DNA of 64,000 nt from Promethearchaeota archaeon (GTDB lineage Archaea; Asgardarchaeota; Lokiarchaeia; Sigyniarchaeales; SOKP01): NCBI GenBank assembly GCA_048940445.1, contig JBHLON010000015.1, positions 1-64,000 on the forward strand, given 5' to 3'. Below the pieces are notes generated by a model. The model saw only the letters and a program-made list of their open reading frames with translations, did not search any database and was not told where the DNA came from. This document shows, piece after piece, positions 49,348-59,759 of this stretch. Position 1 is the first letter of the stretch; every line of letters begins with the position of its first letter. The translations under genes were made by a program, and so were the position numbers.

Positions 49348-49369
49348 TCGTGAAACCTAAATTTCACGA
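49348..49369. promoter_or_regulatory. Perfect 8-bp inverted repeat (operator or terminator candidate) upstream of the luxE-like gene
   Basis: TCGTGAAA-cctaaa-TTTCACGA in an otherwise very AT-rich intergenic region. Confidence 0.4.
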
Positions 49370-49411
49370 TTATTAATAATATAGGTAAATAGATAATAAT
49401 AATAGCAAATC

Positions 49412-49936
49412 TTAATGAAGAATCATTTTTTCTTTAATTTCTTGGACTAATTTCATTCCTTCTTTATTAACTTGTGCAAAAATATCCCTTAGAATCTCAT
49501 TGAGTTCAAGATTTTTTAATTCACATGATATAAATAGGAGTGAAATCAATTGTTTAGCGAATAATTCAATATTTTTAGTATCATCAAGAGGTATTCTTAT
49601 TCCTAATGCTTTTATATCCATATGAGTCTCTTTGTCTTGTTGACGAATTACTACAAAAACGTCATTTTTACGACCTTTCCATTCTTCAGTAATAGCTCTA
49701 ATAGATAATACATATCTTTTAGAAGGACTACCGATTCCTATTACATCTTTGGTAAAGCTAAGTGGCTGTGAGTTTCTAATCGAACTTAAGCCAAATGATC
49801 TATTAATTAAATTCGCTTTATCTAGCTTATTTTTCAATTTTGTGACTTCTTCTGTAAGCTGTTCTACTTTTAACGAGAGTTTTTCAAATTTTTCTAAAAA
49901 TAATTCTTTATCTATAAGATTATCCGTATTACTCAT
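49412..49936 (-). CDS. Hypothetical protein, N-terminal coiled coil, possibly with a PC4-like domain
   Basis: 174-aa ATG ORF with AGGTAG upstream; heptads, then EEWKG...VVIRQ...GIRIP. Confidence 0.6.
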   Translation of the reverse strand: MSNTDNLIDKELFLEKFEKLSLKVEQLTEEVTKLKNKLDKANLINRSFGLSSIRNSQPLSFTKDVIGIGSPSKRYVLSIRAITEEWKGRKNDVFVVIRQQDKETHMDIKALGIRIPLDDTKNIELFAKQLISLLFISCELKNLELNEILRDIFAQVNKEGMKLVQEIKEKMILH

Positions 49937-50094
49937 TTGATTTACTACCTTGAATATAAGTATTATACTTTCTGAAAGATTCGTTAATAAAATTAATTAT
50001 TAAAGTATTAATCTCATACGGATTTCTAATTTTTAAATGTGATAAATTTACTGATTCATCATTAAAATATTTTAATAACACCTATGATTAAATT

Positions 50095-51354
50095 TCAATT
50101 GGTCCACTCATTTTCACTTTCTTCGTCATAATCTGTAATGGTAAACTTTTTTTCTGATAATTCAGCATAGTGTTCCATTTCTTGTTTATAACTTAGAGTG
50201 TTTCTAATTTCTTCATCGATTTTAGTCATAAATTTCTTTTCATTAGAATAATACTTTTTAATTTCATATAATCCCAGAATTACTAAAATAGCCACGAAAA
50301 AGACTATGACATAAATGTTTCGCAACACATTTATAATAGCATCATTTAAAAATGCCATAGATTGAATGTAAGGTAAAACTTGTAACCATTCATAAGGAAA
50401 ATAATGGATAAATTCATAAGTTACTTTTGAAAGCACCAACCATATTAAAATAGTATCAAGCCCGAATCGTTTCATTTTCAATTTTTTGCTTAATAATTCG
50501 GCTTGGGAACCCATTAATGTACTAATTGAATAAAGAATAATGAACACATCGAAAAATATCATAACAATTTGAGTAATAATGGGTGAACTCCCTCCAGATC
50601 CCATACTATTAACAGCTATAAATAATTTTACCACAAAATAATATGTATAAATAACAACTAATATAGAAAATATCCCAATCCATGCATTGAGAATCTTTCT
50701 AGATAAGAAGAGCAGACTTAATAATGCAAAGCCAATGATCGCTATTCCAACAACTATAAATAATACTCTAACACCTAAATTCAAGCCAGGATAAAACGAG
50801 AGTTCAGGAATAAATGTATAAATTATATCGAGAATACCTAAGGCAGGAACGAGAAAAATAACCAATAGAAACAAAGATAATAATATTCCCCCAGAAAATG
50901 TTAAGCTACGAGTAATTTTTCGATGATTATGCCTCTTCAATCTATTGTCTACATTTTTAGCTATTAAATAGGCCCCATAAAGTATAAACCAAGATGAGAA
51001 AAAGAAGTAACTGAAGATAGAAAAAGCAAATAAAGCAATTAAAATAACCCCTATTAATGACATTAGAGGCAAGGTAACAATAAAAATTAAAATTACTTTC
51101 CATGAGGGAATCTCTTTTATATCTTTTTTATAAAATATAGATAATAAATATAAGAACATCAGAAAAGTTAAGAACGGTAAAAATAGAACGACTCCAATAA
51201 TATCCCATAAATCTACTTGGAATGGCCCAATTTGGATGGTTATTTGAAGAGGAATTTGGATGAGAATAATGTCAATTAAAAGCCAGATGACTAGAATTAA
51301 ATACTTTCTATTTTCTTTTAGACCTAACTTTCTTAAGTTTTCAATAAACTCCAT
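50095..51354 (-). CDS. Multi-pass membrane protein of unknown function
   Basis: About 10 hydrophobic segments. Confidence 0.75.
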   Translation of the reverse strand: MEFIENLRKLGLKENRKYLILVIWLLIDIILIQIPLQITIQIGPFQVDLWDIIGVVLFLPFLTFLMFLYLLSIFYKKDIKEIPSWKVILIFIVTLPLMSLIGVILIALFAFSIFSYFFFSSWFILYGAYLIAKNVDNRLKRHNHRKITRSLTFSGGILLSLFLLVIFLVPALGILDIIYTFIPELSFYPGLNLGVRVLFIVVGIAIIGFALLSLLFLSRKILNAWIGIFSILVVIYTYYFVVKLFIAVNSMGSGGSSPIITQIVMIFFDVFIILYSISTLMGSQAELLSKKLKMKRFGLDTILIWLVLSKVTYEFIHYFPYEWLQVLPYIQSMAFLNDAIINVLRNIYVIVFFVAILVILGLYEIKKYYSNEKKFMTKIDEEIRNTLSYKQEMEHYAELSEKKFTITDYDEESENEWTN

Positions 51355-51478
51355 AAAAAAAAGATAGACTTGGTTTATTTAAAATTTTTTAATTAGTAAG
51401 GCTTTTTAAAAAGCTTATTCTTAACATAAATATTTAAACAGATACACGATCTAATATTCAACTACATTTTCTAAATAT

Positions 51479-52171
51479 GTGAGAAGATTGATATTTCAGA
51501 CAGATTATTGGACATATTTGCAAGCATTTTTTGAATGGGTTGGACAATCTGCTGGAGTTATGGTTTTCATTAGTGGTTTTATTGCTTTGACATGGTTTGG
51601 ATATGAAAGAAAACGAAGAGGATCTTTTACTAAACGAAAGCTTGAAGAAGGTAAAAAGTTTGATACAACGAAATTCCTAAGGGTACTGTCTTATCTTGGA
51701 TTAGCTGTGGGGATAATGGATATTTGGGCGGGAGCGTGGGGATTGATCTTTAATATTCCTCCAAGCTTCAAATATGAAGATGTATCTGGTGCTAGTGCGA
51801 ATTATTTTACATGTATCTTTTTGATGGTAATAGGAATAGCAATGTTTTTTAAACCGATATCAGACTTACCTCTTTCTAGTATTTTAGCGCTTATTGCTGG
51901 AAGTGCCTCCACTTTTATCCTTGCCTCATTAATACCACCTGACGTAGAAGTAAATATTTCCGAATGGATTAATCCTAAACTACTACTCTTTATTGTGTTT
52001 ATTATAATTACAGCACTAGTAGGAATTACAGCAAAATTATTTATTGGAATTTTACAATGGATTTCAAAGATATTATCATGGCCACCAATAGCTTTCATAA
52101 TCATGGTATTTTGTTTTGCTCAAGGAATAGCTCTTTGGGGATTCGGAGTTTCAATACCAAATTTATTATAA
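51479..52171 (+). CDS. Multi-pass membrane protein of unknown function
   Basis: About 6 hydrophobic segments. Confidence 0.7.
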   Translation: MRRLIFQTDYWTYLQAFFEWVGQSAGVMVFISGFIALTWFGYERKRRGSFTKRKLEEGKKFDTTKFLRVLSYLGLAVGIMDIWAGAWGLIFNIPPSFKYEDVSGASANYFTCIFLMVIGIAMFFKPISDLPLSSILALIAGSASTFILASLIPPDVEVNISEWINPKLLLFIVFIIITALVGITAKLFIGILQWISKILSWPPIAFIIMVFCFAQGIALWGFGVSIPNLL

Positions 52172-52189
52172 TCTTATTTTTTCTCTTTT

Positions 52190-52993
52190 TTAAATATAAT
52201 CTGTCAAGTTTTTCTGGTGATTAAATGATTCAAAAGGTAAATTTAATTCTCTCTTTATATTATTAGCAGATTCAGGAGCAAAACCCTGAAAGTGATTATT
52301 AACAATTATAAAGATTTCAAAGATTTCTGGATTTTTCAAGAGTTTATCAATATTACTGAATAAATCCTTAAAAGCATCTTTCTGCTCTCGTTGGATTCTT
52401 CCAAAAGTAGACAATTCACGATCTCCAATTAATCGGATATAGTAATGTTTTTGATTCGGTAAGTAATATGGTATTATTCCGGGTTGGTAGGTGGTTCCAA
52501 GTATTATGGTTTCTTTATCGATAATATCTATAAGTATTTTGGAATTAAACCAACTATTATCACGTACTTCAATAATGTAGACAATACCTCTCTTTTTAGG
52601 AATGAGATTAATCAATCTTTTTAATTTATTAAGATGATTTTCAGAATATTTAAACCGAGGTGGAAATTGAAAAAGAAATCCAAAAATCTTCGATTGTAGT
52701 GGTTCAAACGTTTCAAAAAACTGATATATACGTTCTTCAAGATTCCCCTCAAAATTGTGAGTTATCTCTTGCCAAACTTTTACAATAAAACGAAAATTGT
52801 CTGGTACAATAGTTTGCCATTTTTTTACCATTTCAATTGAAGGTAGATTATAAAAACTCGAATTAAGTTCAATAACATTGAAATAATTAGAATAGAATTT
52901 TAAATACTGCTGTCTTTCAAGTTTCTTAGAATAAAAAGTACCTCTCCATCCCTTATAATCCCAACCTGCTGTACCTATCGATATTTTAACCAT
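52190..52993 (-). CDS. DUF72 (YecE) family protein
   Basis: IGTAGWDY..W...FY, ELNSSFY, LFQFPP, EVR..SW, YIRLIG, NNHFQG.AP. Confidence 0.9.
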   Translation of the reverse strand: MVKISIGTAGWDYKGWRGTFYSKKLERQQYLKFYSNYFNVIELNSSFYNLPSIEMVKKWQTIVPDNFRFIVKVWQEITHNFEGNLEERIYQFFETFEPLQSKIFGFLFQFPPRFKYSENHLNKLKRLINLIPKKRGIVYIIEVRDNSWFNSKILIDIIDKETIILGTTYQPGIIPYYLPNQKHYYIRLIGDRELSTFGRIQREQKDAFKDLFSNIDKLLKNPEIFEIFIIVNNHFQGFAPESANNIKRELNLPFESFNHQKNLTDYI

Positions 52994-53206
52994 ATTAACT
53001 TAAAAAGATTAATTTGTTTAGGATTATTTAATATTCTATCTAAAGTTAACAATATAGAATGAGTTAAAATAAATTACTTTTATAAATAATTAATTTTATG
53101 TAAAATATATATTAAGAAGTGAAAATTAAAAAGAATAAGAGCTTAAGTATTTTTTAATTCAAGACTTTTGATAATAATAAAAATTTAGTTCTATTATGAT
53201 AAAAGG

Positions 53207-53884
53207 GTGACCCTATTGGATGATCAAATTGATTGGACTAAAGCTGAAGAAAATCCTGAAAAGAGTCAAAAGGTTGATGGAAGGACTCTATTAGATCTTA
53301 GAGCCAAAGTAAATCAGTTAGAGCATGATTTATCTTCTAATAAAGAAGAATTGCGAAAAACAAAGGAAGAATTGAAAGAAACTCAAAAAAAGTTGTCTGG
53401 GAGAGAGAAAAGTTTAGTTAAAGTAACAGAAAAATTTTCTTCTGCTAAAAAGAATTTAGATGATATGGCTGAACAAAAGTTAAATGTTGACATTGAAGTT
53501 ACAAAATTAAGACCAAAGACTGTAGAATTAGAAAAAAAGCTCTCAGAAGCTGAAGTTAAAATAACCCAACAAGAACAAGAACTAGAATTTTCTTCAGAAA
53601 AAATGACTGAATTGGAACAGAATGTTAGTTCTAAAGAAAAAACAATTGAGAATCATAAAGAAGATTTAAAGAATAAGAATATTGAAATAAACAGTCTCAA
53701 GGAACAATTGACTAGTAGCCAAAAAGAAAGGAAGGAATTAATTGAAAAAGTCAAAAATCTTGAAAAAAAATTATCTGAAGTTAATTCTGCATCAAATATT
53801 CTTGAAAAAGTCCGAGAAACTATGGTCCATAAGGGTTTTCTTTCAGACAAAGAACTTGAAGAAATATTAAACGAGTTTGAATAG
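53207..53884 (+). CDS. Long coiled-coil protein (paralog 1)
   Basis: Continuous heptads between the head IDW....PEKSQKVDGR.LLDLR and the tail M.HKGFLSDKE. Confidence 0.8.
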   Translation: MTLLDDQIDWTKAEENPEKSQKVDGRTLLDLRAKVNQLEHDLSSNKEELRKTKEELKETQKKLSGREKSLVKVTEKFSSAKKNLDDMAEQKLNVDIEVTKLRPKTVELEKKLSEAEVKITQQEQELEFSSEKMTELEQNVSSKEKTIENHKEDLKNKNIEINSLKEQLTSSQKERKELIEKVKNLEKKLSEVNSASNILEKVRETMVHKGFLSDKELEEILNEFE

Positions 53885-54006
53885 AATGAAATTTTTTAGG
53901 GTTAATAGTAAATGTAAAAACTACTTGAAAAAATATATATATGATATTGTAAACTTAATAATATAAATTAAAGTAAAATAATCACAAACAAATCAAAAAA
54001 TAGTAG

Positions 54007-54729
54007 GTGTTAAGAAGATTGGCGATAGACTGGGATCGTATATCAGAAAAGCCTGAAAAATCATATAAGGTTGAAGGGCGATTTTTGTTAGACCTTAGAA
54101 CGAAAATTAACGATTTAGAACAACAAGTAAAAATGAAAACAGATAAACTAGATAGAACAATGAATGAATTAAATGAATCTAAGGAGAAGTTAGGTGGAAG
54201 AGAAAAAAGTTTAACTGAAAAAACAGAAGAATTGTCAGCAAATAAAAAGGATTTGGAAAACATCAAGGAAGATAAAGGAAAGATTGATAAAGAACTTGTG
54301 GCTCTTAAATCTAGTTATTCTGAGTTAGAAAAGAAGTTATCTGAGTTGGAGCCATTAAAAGAATTAGAACCAAAAATGAAGAATTTGCAAGAAGACATGG
54401 AACAAAGAGAAAGGGAGCTTGAAAGCGTGAAAAAGGATTTACAACAAACAATATCAGATAAATATGTTGAGATTGAGAGTCTTAAAAGCGATTTAAATAA
54501 AGTGATTCAAGAAAAGGAGGAAGAGATCATAAAAGCAAAAAATGATGTATTATCAAAAGAAAAAGAGATAGAAGCTCTAGACTTAAAAATTAAATCTCTT
54601 GAAGATTACATCGCTGAGGCAAAGGGAGCACCACAAGTTATTGAAGAGATTAAGGAGCTTATGGCTCATAAAGGCTTTCTTTCTGATAAAGAGTTTGATG
54701 AAATTTTAGAAAAGAATTTAACCAAATAA
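54007..54729 (+). CDS. Long coiled-coil protein (paralog 2); start may be TTG at 54019
   Basis: Head IDWDRISEKPEKSYKVEGRFLLDLR, GREKSL and tail MAHKGFLSDKE are shared with 53207..53884. Confidence 0.8.
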   Translation: MLRRLAIDWDRISEKPEKSYKVEGRFLLDLRTKINDLEQQVKMKTDKLDRTMNELNESKEKLGGREKSLTEKTEELSANKKDLENIKEDKGKIDKELVALKSSYSELEKKLSELEPLKELEPKMKNLQEDMEQRERELESVKKDLQQTISDKYVEIESLKSDLNKVIQEKEEEIIKAKNDVLSKEKEIEALDLKIKSLEDYIAEAKGAPQVIEEIKELMAHKGFLSDKEFDEILEKNLTK

Positions 54730-54853
54730 TTCAATACATTTTATTTTAACATAATACTACCTTATTGTAAAGCTCTTTAATTTATTTTTTAATAATTTTA
54801 GAAAATTAAAGTAAGTATTTATTTTAGCAATCTCATTTTAATAAATTAATAAA

Positions 54854-56143
54854 ATGCTAGTACAAATAACTCCGTTTGAGGAGGAATTTTACAAATTTCT
54901 TTTCTCAATTATTATTTCGATTTTTTGTGGATTTCTAATTGGAATCGAGAGGACAAGGGCAAAGAAACTATTTGGAGCAAGAGATCATATCGCATATGCG
55001 ATCTTATCCACAGTATTAATAATATTGTATGAAAACTTTATTTTTGATATAGCTCGTATTGTTATATTTCTAATTTTTGCAGCAATGATAATATTTCTTT
55101 CAATTGGTAGTGTTTATCGTCTTTTTCATACTCAAGAACCGGGTTACACGTCCACTATGTCTATGTTACTAGTAATAGTAGTGGGAATTTTGAGCTATTA
55201 TATGCCTTATCTGGCTATAGCGATTTCAGTTATATTTTTAGTGATTCTATCCACCAAAAAAGAATTTGAAAAGATAAGAGAACTGAAACAAATAGAATGG
55301 ACAGGAACGGTAGAATTTTTAGCAATCGTCATCCTTTTATTTATCTTGATCCCAGAGAATATACAAATTGTAGGGATTAATATAAGAGCTATAATGATAA
55401 TTTTCATCACCATTCTAGCTATTAAATATTTTAGTTATTTTCTATTAAAAAGTTCTAGTAAAAACAACCTTTATTATATCTCATTTTTGGGAGGATTTGC
55501 GCATAGTGAAGCGACCGCTGTTGAACTAGCAGAAAATGGAGCTCCTTCATCATCAATTTGGTTAGTTATTCAGACTATGCTTCTACGTATGTTACTTATA
55601 ATATCGATTGGGGCAATTAATTTATTTTGGTATTCGTTAACTCCAATATTGATTACAACAATCGTAGGTTTGTTTGGTGCTTTTTTGGTTCTAAGAAAAA
55701 AGAAAATAAGTTTAACCCTTTTAAAAATAAAGAATCCGTTATCAATTAAAGGAGCTTTAGTATTTACTGGGACGTACCTACTGGCTATCCTAATCACCCT
55801 CGGTTTACAAGCATATGGAATGTATCTACCTCCTTTAAACTACTATTGGTATTATCTAATTTCTTTTGTTATAGGTTTATTATCGGGAGGTGCATCATCC
55901 TTATTTGTCGTGACTACTTACAGTATCTCCCTGATTAATACGGCTAATGCGTTAATAATGCTTTTAATTGGTTTATCCGCAGCAATAATCAATAAGATCT
56001 TTTATGCTCGAAGAAGTTTGCATAAGAGTAAAAATAAGAGAAATTTTACAATTCACCTATTAATTTATCAAATTTTGACTATTAGTGTATTAGTGGTTTT
56101 TACTTTTATTACGATTATATGGTTTAATTTATCTATTTTTTAA
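54854..56143 (+). CDS. MgtC/SapB plus DUF4010 membrane protein
   Basis: GFLIGIER, FGARDH, PGYTST, LGGFAHSEA, KNPLSIKGAL.F. Confidence 0.8.
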   Translation: MLVQITPFEEEFYKFLFSIIISIFCGFLIGIERTRAKKLFGARDHIAYAILSTVLIILYENFIFDIARIVIFLIFAAMIIFLSIGSVYRLFHTQEPGYTSTMSMLLVIVVGILSYYMPYLAIAISVIFLVILSTKKEFEKIRELKQIEWTGTVEFLAIVILLFILIPENIQIVGINIRAIMIIFITILAIKYFSYFLLKSSSKNNLYYISFLGGFAHSEATAVELAENGAPSSSIWLVIQTMLLRMLLIISIGAINLFWYSLTPILITTIVGLFGAFLVLRKKKISLTLLKIKNPLSIKGALVFTGTYLLAILITLGLQAYGMYLPPLNYYWYYLISFVIGLLSGGASSLFVVTTYSISLINTANALIMLLIGLSAAIINKIFYARRSLHKSKNKRNFTIHLLIYQILTISVLVVFTFITIIWFNLSIF

Positions 56144-56224
56144 AAAAAAATTTCTCAAATTTATTATAGTCAATTAATGTATATTTAATCTAAAGGAAAA
56201 TAGTATATTCAATTTGAAAGAATT

Positions 56225-57331
56225 ATGGTTAACTTAATTTGGAATGGTAAGTCAAACATTTCCAAAGGATTAGATAATGCGAATGAATTATATCATAAAA
56301 AGTACGAAACTTTAAACCTTACTGGTAAAAATCTCGATTGTTCTTATCAGTTTATTGAAGATAATTTATCTTGGAGAAATAAGTTATTTTGGGGAGATAA
56401 TTTAAGTGTTTTATTATATTTATTAGAGAATTTAAAATCCAAAATAAATCTAATATATATTGATCCTCCTTTTTTTTCTGGCAATAATTATCAAATAGAA
56501 ATTAAACAACAGGAGAATATATTTAAAGATACAATATATAGTGATTACTGGGAAAATGATTTAGACTCCTATTTACAAATGCTTTATGATAGATTGATTT
56601 TGATGAAAAAACTATTATCTGATGAGGGTTTAATATTTATCCATTTAGATTGGCATGCATCTCATTATGTTAAAATTCTATTGGATGAGGTTTTTGGTCA
56701 AAAAAACTTTGTAAATGATATAATTTGGTATTATTATAATAAATATTCAGCAGGAAAGATGAATTTACCTCGAGCCCATGATAATATATTGGTTTATGCC
56801 AAATCTAATAATTATACTTTAAATGAAATAAGAATACCCAGAAATAAACCAATAAAGCAATTAAAGAGAAAAATGGTAAATGGTGTATTAAAGAACGTAA
56901 AAGATGAGTTTGGACACGTAGTTTATAGGATAGTAGATGATAAGAAGTTGGATGATGTTTGGAAAATTCCTTGCTTACAACCTGCTTCTAAAGAGTGGAC
57001 AGGTTTTCCGACGCAAAAACATCATGAATTAATAGAGACAATTATCAAGTTAGGTAGTAATGAACAAGATTTAATTGCAGATTTTTTCTGTGGTTCAGGA
57101 ACAACGATTTTATCTGCTGAACGATTAAAAAGAAGATGGATTGGATGCGATATTTCAGCATATTCAATCTATATCTCAAGAAAGCGATTATTGAAATTTA
57201 GGAGAATGCTTAAAAGCAAAGATAAGATTAATATTCCATTTGAGATTGTTACCGAATTAACAGAAGAAAAGAATAAACTTATAGAATCTAGATTCTTTCA
57301 GAATGATTTAAAAATAAGAGCTATTAGATAA
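56225..57331 (+). CDS. Site-specific DNA methyltransferase (beta class N6/N4, Mod-like), orphan
   Basis: WGDNL, LIYIDPPF, FPTQK, ADFFCGSGTT, WIGCD. Confidence 0.9.
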   Translation: MVNLIWNGKSNISKGLDNANELYHKKYETLNLTGKNLDCSYQFIEDNLSWRNKLFWGDNLSVLLYLLENLKSKINLIYIDPPFFSGNNYQIEIKQQENIFKDTIYSDYWENDLDSYLQMLYDRLILMKKLLSDEGLIFIHLDWHASHYVKILLDEVFGQKNFVNDIIWYYYNKYSAGKMNLPRAHDNILVYAKSNNYTLNEIRIPRNKPIKQLKRKMVNGVLKNVKDEFGHVVYRIVDDKKLDDVWKIPCLQPASKEWTGFPTQKHHELIETIIKLGSNEQDLIADFFCGSGTTILSAERLKRRWIGCDISAYSIYISRKRLLKFRRMLKSKDKINIPFEIVTELTEEKNKLIESRFFQNDLKIRAIR

Positions 57332-57337
57332 CTCTTC

Positions 57338-58111
57338 CTAAGTATTTACTAAGACATAATAAAGAGCACCCAATTCACCAATAATAAACAAATTAGGATC
57401 AAGTTCCTGAAACTCTTGATTATAAATTGCTTCAATTTTAAATCCTCCTTTCTGGATTAAATTTTTAAAATCCCTATAAAACCAGAGTCTTAATTCATGT
57501 TTTTCTTCAAAAATATAGGTCTGTGAATGATCCTCTACTTTCATTTTAAAGCGAACATGTCGTATTTTTTTTATTTTATCATATTGATAGGGAGACCAAG
57601 TCGCTTCAATTTTGATACCATTTCTCTCTGCATACCATGTTTCGTCAGGTTTTCTTTCTTTTTTGATATCCCTATATGCACATACAATTTCAACTATGTA
57701 AATACCTCCTTTAACAATCGACTTAGACATAGATTTAAAATGTTCAATTATAGCATCATTAGTGAGTAAATAACCAAGACTATTAATTGATATTATCGCA
57801 GCATCCAATTTAGGGTCAAAGGTTAATATTCTCATATCACCGAGGACTACAGATGCTTTATCATAATAACCATGCTTTTTGATGATTTCTGTTGAATAGT
57901 TTACCATATTGTCACTGATGTCATAACCAGTGATAGAGAAACCATATCTGGGAAAATTAATTAAAAATATACCTGTTCCACATGCTGGCTCTAAGATATT
58001 TTTTACATCGATTTCTGAATATTTTTTAAAACAATCAATATAAAATTCAATTTCTTTTGATACGTCTCTCTCAAAAATGATATCATAATAAAGAGGCATA
58101 TTATATAGCAT
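57338..58111 (-). CDS. Class I SAM-dependent methyltransferase
   Basis: ILEPACGTG, GYDIS, GDMR, GGIYIVE. Confidence 0.9.
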   Translation of the reverse strand: MLYNMPLYYDIIFERDVSKEIEFYIDCFKKYSEIDVKNILEPACGTGIFLINFPRYGFSITGYDISDNMVNYSTEIIKKHGYYDKASVVLGDMRILTFDPKLDAAIISINSLGYLLTNDAIIEHFKSMSKSIVKGGIYIVEIVCAYRDIKKERKPDETWYAERNGIKIEATWSPYQYDKIKKIRHVRFKMKVEDHSQTYIFEEKHELRLWFYRDFKNLIQKGGFKIEAIYNQEFQELDPNLFIIGELGALYYVLVNT

Positions 58112-58247
58112 AGATTCCCCTTTTGGACGTTCTATAGGTATCTCTTCCTTAAAATTTTGTGAATTATCATTATTAACATTAAATTAACCAGCTCCTAATA
58201 ATTTTATATGATTATTAATAGAACTTCAATTTTTTTTAAAATTTTTC

Positions 58248-59684
58248 TTAATGATGGTAAATTACATTCCATCCTAAGTATTTTGTAAGAGCTTCATAAA
58301 CTACTTCTCCGATTTCACTTAAACTAGCCGCGATATGATGAGCAAATCCTTCCTCACATACAGTTTTTAGAGCTTGTTGAAGATTAGGGATTTTTATAAC
58401 ACCATACCCTCCATATGTATCAAGAGGATCATCAGTATAATTACCTTCCGTTAAAAAAGCCTTTATTTCCCCAAAAAGATCATCTGTTTCAATTCTCAAT
58501 AAGGTGCATGGTTTAGACTTTATTCTCCCTTGAATTGCTCCATAAGTAATTTCATCTCCCTTGAGATCTGAAATGATGGGATGAATAGTTATTTCAGTAT
58601 CCTTAAAAAATGATTTTGGTAAATTACTGCAGTGAAAAAGTACCATTTTTTCCGGATCTTCTCCATAATTATTGTTCCAATCTAAAATAGCTGAAGGAGT
58701 ATCTGAAGCTACTTGTAAAATATACATTCCGATCAAACCAGCTATATCAACTTCACATGCAGCAGGAATTAAACCTTCGCTAAATATACTCATAATAGCA
58801 CATGGAACAATTCCAAAATTGTCTTGGATACTTGGCCAACATTGGAAAGCAAAACCGTCTAAATTATAATCTAACACCCATTTTTCAACCACTACAGATA
58901 ATTTTGCTAATTTTAGAACTCCTTCTTCAAGAAAATTTGTTGTAGGTGTATAGGCTTTAATGAATTGTATTTTTTCTTTTACTTTAGGATCATCATTTTT
59001 TAGCTTATTTATTGCTCCAAGTATTTCAGATAAGTCAATTGGTTCGATTGTAATTCCATTAGTTTCTAAAATCTTTTCACTATATCTAACGGTTTCAAAT
59101 GCTGCTGGCCTTGTACCGATTTGGCCAAATCTAGCTCTTTGTAGCATTTTTACTATTCTACAGATTTTTTCAAATCGTCTAATATCATTTTTAAAAATTT
59201 CTGATTTAATTGAGCATGTATGCAATTTTGTTAGAGAAAAAGGGATTCCACGCTGATATAGGACATTACAAATGGAAATTTTTCCACAAAATGCATCTCT
59301 CCGGTTTTTTCGATCCATTTTATTAGGGTCATCTGGAGAGGCTTGAATTAGGATAGGTACTTTAAGATCTGCTAGTTTTAAAGTTACAGCAAATCCTTTC
59401 TCATCAGAGAAATTAGGCATACATAAAATGATCCCTGATATCGAGTCTCGATTTTTTTTGAATAAATCTGCACATTTTATAGCATCTTGATACGACTCCA
59501 CGACTCCATAATGAGTATCTTCTTCATTTAAGATAACATAGTCATATCCCATCTCTTTCATTACCTCAATTATCTCATCTCTCCCTTCTTTTGCGAGATG
59601 ATCTGGAAAAACATCTCTGTTTCCAACCATAATCCCAAATGTTGTTTTATCGACTCGTTTGGTTATAAAGGTCATAGATATCAA
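58248..59684 (-). CDS. L-fucose/L-arabinose isomerase family protein
   Basis: NFSDE, RRDAFCGKIS, FETVRYSE, QCW, ACEVD, FHC, GFAHH. Confidence 0.85.
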   Translation of the reverse strand: MISMTFITKRVDKTTFGIMVGNRDVFPDHLAKEGRDEIIEVMKEMGYDYVILNEEDTHYGVVESYQDAIKCADLFKKNRDSISGIILCMPNFSDEKGFAVTLKLADLKVPILIQASPDDPNKMDRKNRRDAFCGKISICNVLYQRGIPFSLTKLHTCSIKSEIFKNDIRRFEKICRIVKMLQRARFGQIGTRPAAFETVRYSEKILETNGITIEPIDLSEILGAINKLKNDDPKVKEKIQFIKAYTPTTNFLEEGVLKLAKLSVVVEKWVLDYNLDGFAFQCWPSIQDNFGIVPCAIMSIFSEGLIPAACEVDIAGLIGMYILQVASDTPSAILDWNNNYGEDPEKMVLFHCSNLPKSFFKDTEITIHPIISDLKGDEITYGAIQGRIKSKPCTLLRIETDDLFGEIKAFLTEGNYTDDPLDTYGGYGVIKIPNLQQALKTVCEEGFAHHIAASLSEIGEVVYEALTKYLGWNVIYHH

Positions 59685-59759
59685 AATTAAATAAATTTTA
59701 ATTACGAACTTAAATTTTTTATAGAAAATAATTTTAACTAAAAATCAATTTATTTGTTC

